A stretch of 64,000 nt of DNA from Candidatus Sericytochromatia bacterium (GTDB lineage: Bacteria; Cyanobacteriota; Sericytochromatia; S15B-MN24; UBA4093). Location of the stretch: positions 224,001-288,000 of the forward strand of contig JAKFBU010000023.1 of the NCBI GenBank assembly GCA_036676985.1, written 5' to 3'. The notes under the pieces were generated by a model. The model did no database searches and was not told where the DNA came from. It worked only from the letters and a program-made list of their open reading frames with translations. Made by a program: the position numbers and the translations under genes. Of this stretch, positions 17,915 to 26,096 are shown piece by piece (position 1 is the first letter of the stretch; the number at the start of each line of letters is the position of its first letter).

Positions 17915-18634
17915 ATGACGAACGTGATCGCCCAGGGCCAAGCGGCCCGAGACCTCCTCGCCACCGAACGTTACGGCATCCTCTCGACCCACTCGGTCGA
18001 CGTGGCGGGCTATCCGTTCGGATCCGTGACCCCCTACGCCTTGGATCATCGCGGGGAGCCCCTGATCCTCATCAGCACGCTCGCCCAGCACACCAAGAAC
18101 ATCCAGGCGGATCCGCGCGTCTCCCTGACGGTGCACCGTCCCGCAGAGGGGGATCCCCAGGCCGGCGAGCGCCTGACGTGGCTGGCGGACGCCTCACCCG
18201 TCGATCCGGCGGACGAGGCCGCTCAAACCCGCTACCTGGCCTTCCAGCCGCAGGCCGCGGACTACTTCGGCGTCCACGACTTCGGCCTCTACCGGCTCCG
18301 CCTCCAGCGGGCGCGCTACATCGGCGGGTTCGGGCGCATCTTCTGGGTCCGGACCGAGGATCTCGTGCGCGCTAACCCGTTCGCCGAGACCGAGCGCGGC
18401 ATCCTCGCGCACATGAACGCGGACCACCGCCACAACCTGCTCGCGTACTGCCGGGCCTTCAAGGGGCTGGACCCCCAGCATGCGTCCATGGTGGGCCTCG
18501 ATGCGCAGGGCTTCCACGTGCTCGCCGACGACGAGCTCGTGCGGTTCGCCTTCGAGGCCCCCATCGGCACGCCGGAAGAGGCAAGGCAGGCCCTCGTGGC
18601 CCTGGCCCGCCAGGCGGCCCAGATCGCGGGCTAA
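17915..18634 (+). CDS. HugZ-family split-barrel + DUF2470 (heme/flavin-binding) protein
   Basis: GYPFGS, LISTLAQHTKN, RYIGGFG, ILAHMNADH. Confidence 0.85.
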   Translation: MTNVIAQGQAARDLLATERYGILSTHSVDVAGYPFGSVTPYALDHRGEPLILISTLAQHTKNIQADPRVSLTVHRPAEGDPQAGERLTWLADASPVDPADEAAQTRYLAFQPQAADYFGVHDFGLYRLRLQRARYIGGFGRIFWVRTEDLVRANPFAETERGILAHMNADHRHNLLAYCRAFKGLDPQHASMVGLDAQGFHVLADDELVRFAFEAPIGTPEEARQALVALARQAAQIAG

Positions 18635-18684
18635 AAAGCCGAACGGGCCGCCCAAAGGCGGCCCGTCTCGTTTCGAGTGGAAGC

Positions 18685-19371
18685 TTAGCGCCGGGAGTCG
18701 GCCTGCCGCACGCTCGCGACCGCCAGCGTCGTCTGCACCCCCTCGAGGAAGCGCGACCAGCTGAAGTTGGCGGCGGGATCCTTCTTATGCTCCGGCTTGA
18801 GCGTGATGTCCTTGTGGCCGACGATCCGGTCCATGGGGATGGCGTGGGCGTTGACCAGGTAGGACACCAGTCGGATGAGCGAGCGGTACTGGGCGTTGGT
18901 GAACGGATCGGAGCCCGTCTGGGCGTTGACCAGCTCGATGCCGATGGAGCGATCGTTGAGGTGATCCTCGCCCATGTAGTAGCTCTCGCCCGTGTGCCAG
19001 GCGCGCAGCTCGTCGGGCACGCACTGCACGATCTCGCCGGACTTGCCGATGATGTAGTGCGCGCTGACCTTGCTGTCGGGGTTGGCGAAGTGGCGCCAGA
19101 TCGTGCGGGCATCCCGCACGCCCGGGGTCTCCGTGTCGTGGATGACGATCATGTCGATGCCCGCGCCCTCGGGCCGGGCGTCGTAGTTGGCCGCCAGGAG
19201 CCACGTCACGTCGGGCTTGTCGACCGCACGCGTCGGGACGCGATCGATCTCCAGGTGGGTCCAATCGTCGCTCTGCGCCTTGGCAGGAAAGCCGGTTTCG
19301 GTCACCAGCAAGACCATGCCGGCCAGCAGGAGGCCTGCGAGGAAGCGTACTCTACCCTGAAAGCGATCCAT
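18685..19371 (-). CDS. N-acetylmuramoyl-L-alanine amidase (Amidase_2)
   Basis: IVIHDT, VSAHY, RAWHTG, SIGIEL, IVGHKD, KKDP; N-terminal signal/TM. Confidence 0.9.
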   Translation of the reverse strand: MDRFQGRVRFLAGLLLAGMVLLVTETGFPAKAQSDDWTHLEIDRVPTRAVDKPDVTWLLAANYDARPEGAGIDMIVIHDTETPGVRDARTIWRHFANPDSKVSAHYIIGKSGEIVQCVPDELRAWHTGESYYMGEDHLNDRSIGIELVNAQTGSDPFTNAQYRSLIRLVSYLVNAHAIPMDRIVGHKDITLKPEHKKDPAANFSWSRFLEGVQTTLAVASVRQADSRR

Positions 19372-19620
19372 CGTCCGGGTCTCCGTTCGAGTAGCGGCGG
19401 GTCTCTCGTGATGCCTTCCGTCAGGCGGCCATTTCCTTGGTCCTACGGGGATTATACCGATCTGCGACAGCAAATTAACGGACGGAGATCACAGTCTTGT
19501 TTCGCCGAAGTTACCGAATGGTTGCATGGTCGCCGCACTTGCCGCCAAGCCCCTGCTTGCCTATGATTGAGGCAAGCTTTTCGACCCCATCGATCCACAC
19601 AGAGGAGATCCGACCACACC

Positions 19621-20037
19621 ATGACGACCACCGAAGACCGCTACCAGGCAGGCCTCAAGCGCTACGAGGACGGCGCCCCCCTCGAGGAGGTGCTCACCTC
19701 GTTCCAGGATCTCTACAAGGACGCGCCGAACGACATCCGGGTCATCGTGAGCCTGAGCTGGCTGCACACCCTCCTTGGCAACAAGGAGCCCGCCCTGCGC
19801 TTCGCGAAGCTCGCCAAGGGCACTCCGCAGGGCCGCTACAACCACGCGCTGGCGCTGTTGACCTTCAAGGAGAAGGGCGTCCGCGAGAAGCTCGAAGAGG
19901 CGATCAACATGGGCGGCCACGAGGGCATGCACGACGCCATGGAGAACCTCGAGGACGCCATCCAGCGCAAGGGCGGCTCCTTCCCGGCCGCCGAGAAGCT
20001 GCTCGGCTGGATCAAGGAAATGCATCCGGCGCACTAA
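19621..20037 (+). CDS. TPR-like conserved hypothetical protein
   Basis: GAGGAG RBS; helical protein with LSWL, NHALALL, KGVRE resembling a cyanobacterial TPR family (from memory). Confidence 0.65.
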   Translation: MTTTEDRYQAGLKRYEDGAPLEEVLTSFQDLYKDAPNDIRVIVSLSWLHTLLGNKEPALRFAKLAKGTPQGRYNHALALLTFKEKGVREKLEEAINMGGHEGMHDAMENLEDAIQRKGGSFPAAEKLLGWIKEMHPAH

Positions 20038-20042
20038 GCGTC

Positions 20043-20067
20043 AGGGGGGCCGAAAGGCCCCCCTTTT
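20043..20067. terminator. Intrinsic terminator
   Basis: AGGGGGGCC-GAAA-GGCCCCCCT-TTT. Confidence 0.8.
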
Positions 20068-20930
20068 CATTGCTTGGCTTCCTCGTCGGCCGCTGCTTCC
20101 ATGGCCTTGCGCACCAGGCGGCCCCGCTGGAATTCGAGCACCAGGACGCAGTCAAGGGCGTCGCCATGGTCGTCGGTCGCGTTGAGCGGGTAGCGCCACC
20201 GCTCGCCGTCCTCGCCGAGCTTGCTCACATGCCCGGGCAAGCCGTAGAGACCCTGGATTTCCGAGGCCTCGAGGCCGAGCGTCAGGCTTCCAAGATCGAT
20301 GGCGCGGTACTCGACGCCCTCGTCATCGTCGTCGGCCTCCACTTCCACCGGGCTCCGATGGGTGACGGAGAGCTCCTCCGGCTCCTCGACCGGGGGCAGG
20401 GTCAACTCCGGGTCTTCCTTTTCCTTGACCCACGGCTCGTCGAAGGTCGTCTCTTCCTTCTCTCGGATCCAGGGCTCGCTCGGCTCAGCGGCCTCACGCT
20501 CCTTGATCCATGGCTCACTGGCCTCGGCGGACTCACGCTCCTTGATCCAGGTCTCGCCAGCCTCGGTGGCCTCTCGCTCCTTGATCCAGGGCGCGTCCGG
20601 CCCCTGATCCGAGGTCTCGGCTTCAACGGGCGGAGGAAGCTCCCCGGGTTCGTCCGGCTGCGCAGGCGACGGAGCGGCCAAACGATCGTCCGTCGTTGCC
20701 GCGGACTCCGGCGCGGGCGTCTCGGGGGCCGGGGCGCCCGTGGCCGACTCTTCGAGGCCGGGATCGGCGATCGCAGGCGCCGGCTCGGCGGGCCTGGGGG
20801 TCGCGACCAGAACGGGCACGGGCTCCACGGCCATGCGCGCCAAGGCGATCCGCAAGAGGAACACCAGGCCGTAGGCCGAAACCAACCACAACAGTACCCA
20901 GGCCCAAAGCGGCCCCATGTGCACCCCCAT
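20067..20930 (-). CDS. Membrane-anchored acidic Pro/Glu-rich protein with 13-aa repeats
   Basis: N-terminal TM; five PWIKERE-type repeats; small C-terminal globular domain. Confidence 0.7.
   Translation of the reverse strand: MGVHMGPLWAWVLLWLVSAYGLVFLLRIALARMAVEPVPVLVATPRPAEPAPAIADPGLEESATGAPAPETPAPESAATTDDRLAAPSPAQPDEPGELPPPVEAETSDQGPDAPWIKEREATEAGETWIKERESAEASEPWIKEREAAEPSEPWIREKEETTFDEPWVKEKEDPELTLPPVEEPEELSVTHRSPVEVEADDDDEGVEYRAIDLGSLTLGLEASEIQGLYGLPGHVSKLGEDGERWRYPLNATDDHGDALDCVLVLEFQRGRLVRKAMEAAADEEAKQ
20408..20600 (-). repeat. 39-bp coding tandem repeat x5
   Basis: APWIKEREATEAG / ETWIKERESAEAS / EPWIKEREAAEPS / EPWIREKEETTFD / EPWVKEKEDPEL. Confidence 0.85.
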
Positions 20931-21087
20931 GACCTCGCGGATCCGTTCGATGGCCTTATACCCGCCCATCCGACGGGCAAGCGACGGGCCAACCAACCTT
21001 TACCAAGTTTAACAGGGGCGGGACCGGCATGGCCCGGATCCTCCCCCACCCGCCTTTTGGTCGGATATTAAATGTCGTTTAAAGTGA

Positions 21088-21114
21088 CAAGGAAGGGTCT
21101 TCCGGGAAAGATAA
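21088..21114 (+). promoter_or_regulatory. Putative sigma28-like promoter
   Basis: CAAG-N15-AAAGATAA followed by CCTTAACA, as upstream of the phosphatase gene. Confidence 0.4.
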
Positions 21115-21152
21115 CCTTAACAACCCGTCTCAGGTTGAAAGGAGTAGCGCTC

Positions 21153-23429
21153 ATGGTCAGAGCGGCCGATAGCACCGGGGGTCCTCGCCCCACGGTCCAG
21201 AACTCACCGGCTCAGGCAGCCTCCCAGCAGCCTGGTCGGACGGAGTCCATCATTGCCGCCGGCCTCACCGAGGCTACGCCCCCGGCCGCCACCACGCCCG
21301 CCAAGCCCAGCACCCCGGCCGACAGCCGCTCTGCCCTGCCCGAGACCATCACGGTCAAGAAGGGCGACTCCCTGAGCATGATCGCCGCCCGCAACCACGT
21401 CAGCCTCGAGCAGCTCAAGGCCCACAACCCCGAGCTGTTCCTGGACGGGCCGGACAAATCCGGCAAGAAGCGCGCGGTCGACGGCCGACTCATCTACCCG
21501 GGCGACACGGTGAAGCTGCGGGCCCCCGATGCCAAGCCCATCGACCCTGCGCGCACCACCACGGCCTCCAACAAGGTCGTCAAGGCCGCCAAGGACTACA
21601 TCGACACGGCCAGCATCCTCGCGCCGGACGCCGCGGGCGGCAAGGGCAAGGAAGTCTCCCAGCGCGTCGTCGACTCCGCGCGCAAGATGCTCGCGCTCAT
21701 TCCGGCGAGCGATCCGGACCGCAAGACCTACGAGCACAAGGTCGAGAAGATCTTAGGGGAGTTCCTGGCCCAGTACCCCACGACCGCTCCGGACGTGCAG
21801 CGGCGCTTCACCGACGCCAGCAACTCCTTCAACCTCGCCCTGCGCGCCTACCAGGACGCCAAGAAGGTGGCCAACGTGCTGCCGACCGAGGACATCCACG
21901 CCTTCCAGCGCGATACCGCCCAGCGGGCCCTGGACGCCTTCACCGAGGCCCATGCCGCCGTGCGTGCGCTCCCGGAGGGCCAGGACCGCGTGCAGGCCCA
22001 GGAACAGCTGGAGATGATGGAATACGCGCTCAGCCAGATGAGCGTGCCCGACGACCAGGTCCAGGCCGCCAAGGAAAAGCGCACCGTCCTGCCCGCGGAC
22101 ATGCCGATCACGGACACCTCGGGCCCCGAGGAGGTCGCCTACAACGCGCCGTTGCGCGGAGCCGAGGGCATCATCGCCGCGGCGGACGTGATGGCGGGCG
22201 GTGAGACCGGCACCCAGCAGGCCATCGGCGCTCTGCCCGGAGCTCCGGCCGCCACCCCTCCTGCGACCCCGGCCCCGGTCGCCAACGCACCGGTCGCACA
22301 GCCCATCGCGCAGCCTCCCGCCGGGACGCAGCAGCCCATCGGGACCATTGGACAGGCGCAGCCCGCCGCCTATCCGCCGGGCTACAACCCGGCCGTGCAG
22401 CCCATGCCCGGCTACCCTGCCGCCGGTCAGCCCGTGGCCGGGTATCCCGTGCCGGGTCAGCCCGTGGCCGGCTATCCCGTGCCGGGTCAACCCGTGGCCG
22501 GCTATCCGGTGCCGGGTCAGCCCTACGTGATGGGTCCGAACGGTCAGCCGATGTATCCGGCAGGCTACGCGCCCGCCGTGCAGATGCCGGCCGCCCAACC
22601 CACCGGTCCCCGGCAGTACGTGCCGGGCCCCGGCGAAATGGCCATGTTCCAGGCCGAGGACGTCAAGCCCACCACGCCCAACTACGGCAACGGCGGCATC
22701 GAGCGCCCCAATCCGACTAACGGCAACAACGGCACGAACGGGACCAACGGCAACAACGGGACGAATGGCACGAACGGGACCAACGGCAACAACGGCACCA
22801 ACGGGACGGACGGCACCAACACCGACGGCCGCCCCCAGAAGGATCCGAACGACCCCAAGGTGCAGCAGATCTGGCAGTACCTCAAGACCGGGGACCACAA
22901 GGCCGTCCGGGACCTGATCAACAACTTCGACCTCTTCTACGCGTCTCTGCCCGAGCAGAAGGCCCTGATGATCAAGATCCTGCTCGACGGCCGGACCAAC
23001 GGCGAGGACCAGGCGGCGATCGCCTCGGTGGTCGACATGGCGCGCCAGCAGGGCGAGTCGGACAAGATGATGCCCGAGCTCGACCGGCTGCTCGGTGGCG
23101 CCGGCCAGGGCATCGCGCGCATGTTCGAGGATCTCAAGAAGGGGGCACGCCAGCAGGTCCTGCAGGCGCTCTTCGGCGATCCGCCGCGCGACGTCACGTT
23201 CAACCCGACCTACTACACCAACCTGGTCGCGTCCCTCGACAAGAAGGACATCCAGTACCTCTGCGAGACCCTGGGCACGACGCCGGGCTCCGCCTGGCTG
23301 AACCGCATCCCCAACCAGGCCAAGCAGGGCATGATCGACAAGCTCAAGAGCTGGTGGCCGTTTAGCGGGGGCCTCAAGCGCCTGCGCGAAGCCCTCGCCT
23401 CGTCCATGGCCACCACGCCGGCCGCCTAG
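21153..23429 (+). CDS. LysM-domain protein with Pro-rich and Gly-X-Y repeats and a helical C-terminal domain
   Basis: ITVKKGDSLSMIAARNHVSLEQLKAHNP...LIYPGDTV LysM; AAGGAG RBS; no signal peptide. Confidence 0.8.
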   Translation: MVRAADSTGGPRPTVQNSPAQAASQQPGRTESIIAAGLTEATPPAATTPAKPSTPADSRSALPETITVKKGDSLSMIAARNHVSLEQLKAHNPELFLDGPDKSGKKRAVDGRLIYPGDTVKLRAPDAKPIDPARTTTASNKVVKAAKDYIDTASILAPDAAGGKGKEVSQRVVDSARKMLALIPASDPDRKTYEHKVEKILGEFLAQYPTTAPDVQRRFTDASNSFNLALRAYQDAKKVANVLPTEDIHAFQRDTAQRALDAFTEAHAAVRALPEGQDRVQAQEQLEMMEYALSQMSVPDDQVQAAKEKRTVLPADMPITDTSGPEEVAYNAPLRGAEGIIAAADVMAGGETGTQQAIGALPGAPAATPPATPAPVANAPVAQPIAQPPAGTQQPIGTIGQAQPAAYPPGYNPAVQPMPGYPAAGQPVAGYPVPGQPVAGYPVPGQPVAGYPVPGQPYVMGPNGQPMYPAGYAPAVQMPAAQPTGPRQYVPGPGEMAMFQAEDVKPTTPNYGNGGIERPNPTNGNNGTNGTNGNNGTNGTNGTNGNNGTNGTDGTNTDGRPQKDPNDPKVQQIWQYLKTGDHKAVRDLINNFDLFYASLPEQKALMIKILLDGRTNGEDQAAIASVVDMARQQGESDKMMPELDRLLGGAGQGIARMFEDLKKGARQQVLQALFGDPPRDVTFNPTYYTNLVASLDKKDIQYLCETLGTTPGSAWLNRIPNQAKQGMIDKLKSWWPFSGGLKRLREALASSMATTPAA
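22408..22522 (+). repeat. 30-bp coding repeat (PGQPVAGYPV) x about 4
   Basis: CCCGTGGCCGG(G/C)TATCC(C/G)GTGCCGGGTCA(G/A) units. Confidence 0.85.
22716..22829 (+). repeat. 9-bp coding repeat encoding (T/N)NG triplets
   Basis: TNGNNGTNGTNGNNGTNGTNGTNGNNGTNGTDG. Confidence 0.85.
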
Positions 23430-23493
23430 TCGCACCAGGCGCCCCGTTCCCCGGAATTTGATATATTTCGGCAAAAGGGGAATAATATAATCA

Positions 23494-23562
23494 CCAGTTC
23501 TTAGTTCACCTCTCTGAGCTGGAGGGGCCCGTCGTTCACACACCCGGCGGGCCCCACTCTTT
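23494..23562 (+). ncRNA. Candidate small RNA
   Basis: TTGATA-N17-AATAAT/TATAAT promoter, hairpin with ACCTC loop, GC-rich hairpin followed by ACTCTTT. Confidence 0.45.
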
Positions 23563-23844
23563 CGACCACGGGCGCCGGCTTATCGGCGCCCGTGGCTCAT
23601 TTCAGGCCCTCCGTGCCGCGCTTAGCGGCCAGTGGCCCGTAACACGCCAAAGCGCCGTTACGTTCCGAGAGATTTCTTTACTATCCTTTGAGGACGGCGC
23701 TTTCGGAAAGGGCGTCCGTGTTTCCGCTCGCTTGTCTGGTGGAACGGGGTGACACACGCAGACTTCCCGGAAGGTTAAGGCCCAAATGGGGTCTACGCGA
23801 CCCTAAGCGCGGTTCGCTTCACAATGTAAGTGATTGTAATCATC

Positions 23845-23872
23845 TTGGCAGGGAACATTTCGCCTCTATAAT
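23845..23872 (+). promoter_or_regulatory. sigma70-type promoter
   Basis: TTGGCA-N16-TATAAT upstream of the 23926 ORF. Confidence 0.6.
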
Positions 23873-23925
23873 CGTCTTATACGATAAATCGACCAATATT
23901 TCGGCGATTACTGGAGGTGTAAGCC

Positions 23926-24252
23926 ATGGAAAAACGGAAGCCCACCAAGACGTCCCGGACCCCCGGCTCGGAGTCGACGCCCACCGTGCGGCGCCGCAAG
24001 AAGGCCGAACCCTCCAACCAGGCCACGTTCCGGCACGGGAGCGAGGTGCAGGAGCTCAACCCGGGACAGATCCACCTGCTCCACGCCCTGGCCCAGGAGT
24101 TTCCCGGCGACCTGCAGGGCAAGATGGAGCCGGACGCGGAGCTCGTGCTCGAAAGCGAGAAGCCGGGCCTGGGCGACTTCTTCCTGTTCAAGCTCAACCA
24201 CCTGCGTGACCAGCAGCAGCGACTCGAAGCGCTCCTGTCCCTCGACGCCTAG
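23926..24252 (+). CDS. Hypothetical protein with basic N-terminus
   Basis: GGAGGT RBS, GC3-rich codons, downstream hairpin. Confidence 0.7.
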   Translation: MEKRKPTKTSRTPGSESTPTVRRRKKAEPSNQATFRHGSEVQELNPGQIHLLHALAQEFPGDLQGKMEPDAELVLESEKPGLGDFFLFKLNHLRDQQQRLEALLSLDA

Positions 24253-24320
24253 CAGGTGTTCCAACGCATCGCGGGGGTGGGCCAGTGGCCCACCCCCGCG
24301 TTGCGACTCCCGGGCGACGC

Positions 24321-24920
24321 TCAGATCTCCTGGAGCGCGACCAGGACCAGCTCGGGGAACATGCCGATCTCGGCTTCTTCTTCCGGAATGGCCTCCTGGG
24401 AATAGAAGAAGACGTCGTCCATGGTCTCCATGCGCTCGATGATGTCCTCTTCGCCCGTGCGGCAGAGCTCGGGGTCGCTCAGGGAGAAGTGATGGCGGCA
24501 GATCAAGGGGCGCGCCGCGTACATGCTGCAGCTTCCCGCCTGCAAGAAGGGGCAGGGAATGCGCTGGGCCCAGTACTCGGTCGCAAGACCGTCCACGAGG
24601 GTCTCGAGCTCCGCGTCCGCTCCCTCCTGGAGGCGACGGCGCAGCACCTCCGTCGCCTCGAGCCACTGCTCGAGGGAGACCGCCAGGCGCTCTTGCTCCG
24701 GCACGGGCTGCGAGCGGATCCAGCGGGCCGCCTCGCGGGCCTCGGCCATGGTCGTCATCACCAGCTGGTGGCAGCAGGCATCGCAGCCCTTCCGGCAGGT
24801 CGGCGCGTGGCCCTCGGCGGCGTAGGTGTCCAGCACGACCGCCAGGTTCCGTTCGACGTCGCGGTAGAAGTCGGCCATGGAGGCATAGGGGGGAGTCAGT
24901 TCGATTTCGGGTTCCGACAC
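24321..24920 (-). CDS. YkgJ-family cysteine cluster protein
   Basis: CRKGCDACC, CPFL, CSMYAARPLICR. Confidence 0.85.
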   Translation of the reverse strand: MSEPEIELTPPYASMADFYRDVERNLAVVLDTYAAEGHAPTCRKGCDACCHQLVMTTMAEAREAARWIRSQPVPEQERLAVSLEQWLEATEVLRRRLQEGADAELETLVDGLATEYWAQRIPCPFLQAGSCSMYAARPLICRHHFSLSDPELCRTGEEDIIERMETMDDVFFYSQEAIPEEEAEIGMFPELVLVALQEI

Positions 24921-24931
24921 GCGGGGTCCTT

Positions 24932-25585
24932 TCAGGCCTTGAGGTGCATGCGATCGCGCGCCTCGCTCATGAGCTCGGAGGCCCCGAGCATGATGGCGCG
25001 ACCGTCCACCAGGTGATCGAGCAGGAAGTTGAGGGAGAAGCTCTCGAACTCGCCGAGGGCGTCGTCGAGCTGGCGCAGGCCCTGCTCGTAGAGGGCGATC
25101 GCACCGTACCAGGCATCCGGCGCCGAGGCGGCCGCCAGCCCGCGCGTGAGCTCGCCGAGCGTTTCACGGGCGGACGAGACGACCTCCTCGAACGCCTCGG
25201 AGAGCCGCTCGTCGTAGGGATCCCCCGACAGGTCGTCGAGCTGGTCGAAGAGACGTTCCATGAGCAGCTGGATGCGCGCATCGAGGGGGCCGAAGACCTT
25301 TTGATAAAAGAGCTTGGCATCCACCCCGCCGCGCGCGGGTCGGGCCGGACGGGTCGGGAGGCGCTGGGGGCCGCGCTGCGTCGCGTCGTAACGAGCACGC
25401 CGGTCCGCGTTGCCGAGGGTCTCGTACGCCTCGTTGAGGCGGGCCATCTGGCGGACGTTGCCGCCTACCCGGTCGGGGTGAGCCAGCTTCGCCTTGGTGC
25501 GATAGGCAGACCGGATCTCGTCCTCGGTCGCGGTCCGGGTCACACCCAGCAGATCATAGAAGTTGGGGGGTGCTTGCTGCCTCAT
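24932..25585 (-). CDS. J-domain protein (class C DnaJ-like)
   Basis: NFYDLLGV, AHPDR, LNEAYETL, RARYD. Confidence 0.88.
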   Translation of the reverse strand: MRQQAPPNFYDLLGVTRTATEDEIRSAYRTKAKLAHPDRVGGNVRQMARLNEAYETLGNADRRARYDATQRGPQRLPTRPARPARGGVDAKLFYQKVFGPLDARIQLLMERLFDQLDDLSGDPYDERLSEAFEEVVSSARETLGELTRGLAAASAPDAWYGAIALYEQGLRQLDDALGEFESFSLNFLLDHLVDGRAIMLGASELMSEARDRMHLKA

Positions 25586-25659
25586 CGGGCGCGGGCCTCT
25601 CTTTCCACAGCTCCCATTCTATCGGGGAGCCGGTCCGGAGGCCAACCGCCGCCGCTCGG

Positions 25660-25900
25660 ACATCACGTCGCCATCAAGCCACCACATCACGCGCATGACG
25701 TGACGACTCTGACATCACGCCAACCGATCGAACTCAGGACCCCTCACGCATCGGCATCCAAGTCATCGACTACCACGTTACGTCGTTACCGCGCTGTCGT
25801 CATGATCACTCAAGCAACCCATCACCCGACGCACGTTCTCACCTTAGCGACTTTTCGCTCGTAACATCTTATCCGTGACGCGATAGACGGACATGACCCG
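25660..25900. repeat. Non-coding array of ACATCACG-like motifs
   Basis: ACATCACG at 25660, 25684, 25712 plus many CATSAC/CGTGAC/GTTAC variants. Confidence 0.5.
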
Positions 25901-25908
25901 CAACAAGC

Positions 25909-26082
25909 CTAAGCCCCGAGCATCGCCGCCAGAATGAAGCAACAAGCCAACAGCGTGACCTTGAAGCCATAGAGCTCCCGGGGGTCCATGAAGCGGGCCA
26001 GCCAGGTGCGGCGCACGCGCCGCAGGACCCGCAGGCGCGGACGACCGGGAAGGGGACGAGCAGGAAGGGTACGAATCGCCAT
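25909..26082 (-). CDS. 57-aa basic single-TM protein downstream of lexA (candidate SOS effector)
   Basis: GGAGG RBS within the 14-nt gap after the lexA stop; MAIRTLPARPLPGRPRLRVLRRVRRTWLARFMDPRELYGFKVTLLACCFILAAMLGA. Confidence 0.7.
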   Translation of the reverse strand: MAIRTLPARPLPGRPRLRVLRRVRRTWLARFMDPRELYGFKVTLLACCFILAAMLGA

Positions 26083-26096
26083 CGATGGCCTCCGTT

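Noticed and set aside
20408-20600. CRISPR-like periodicity (also 22408-22522 and 22716-22829)
   Set aside because: In-frame coding repeats without unique spacers; no cas genes
23690-23765. Riboswitch upstream of the 23926 ORF
   Set aside because: Hairpins are present but match no aptamer consensus I know, and they lie upstream of that gene's apparent promoter
25660-25900. oriC or dif site
   Set aside because: No TTATCCACA cluster, no AT-rich unwinding element and no XerC/XerD arms
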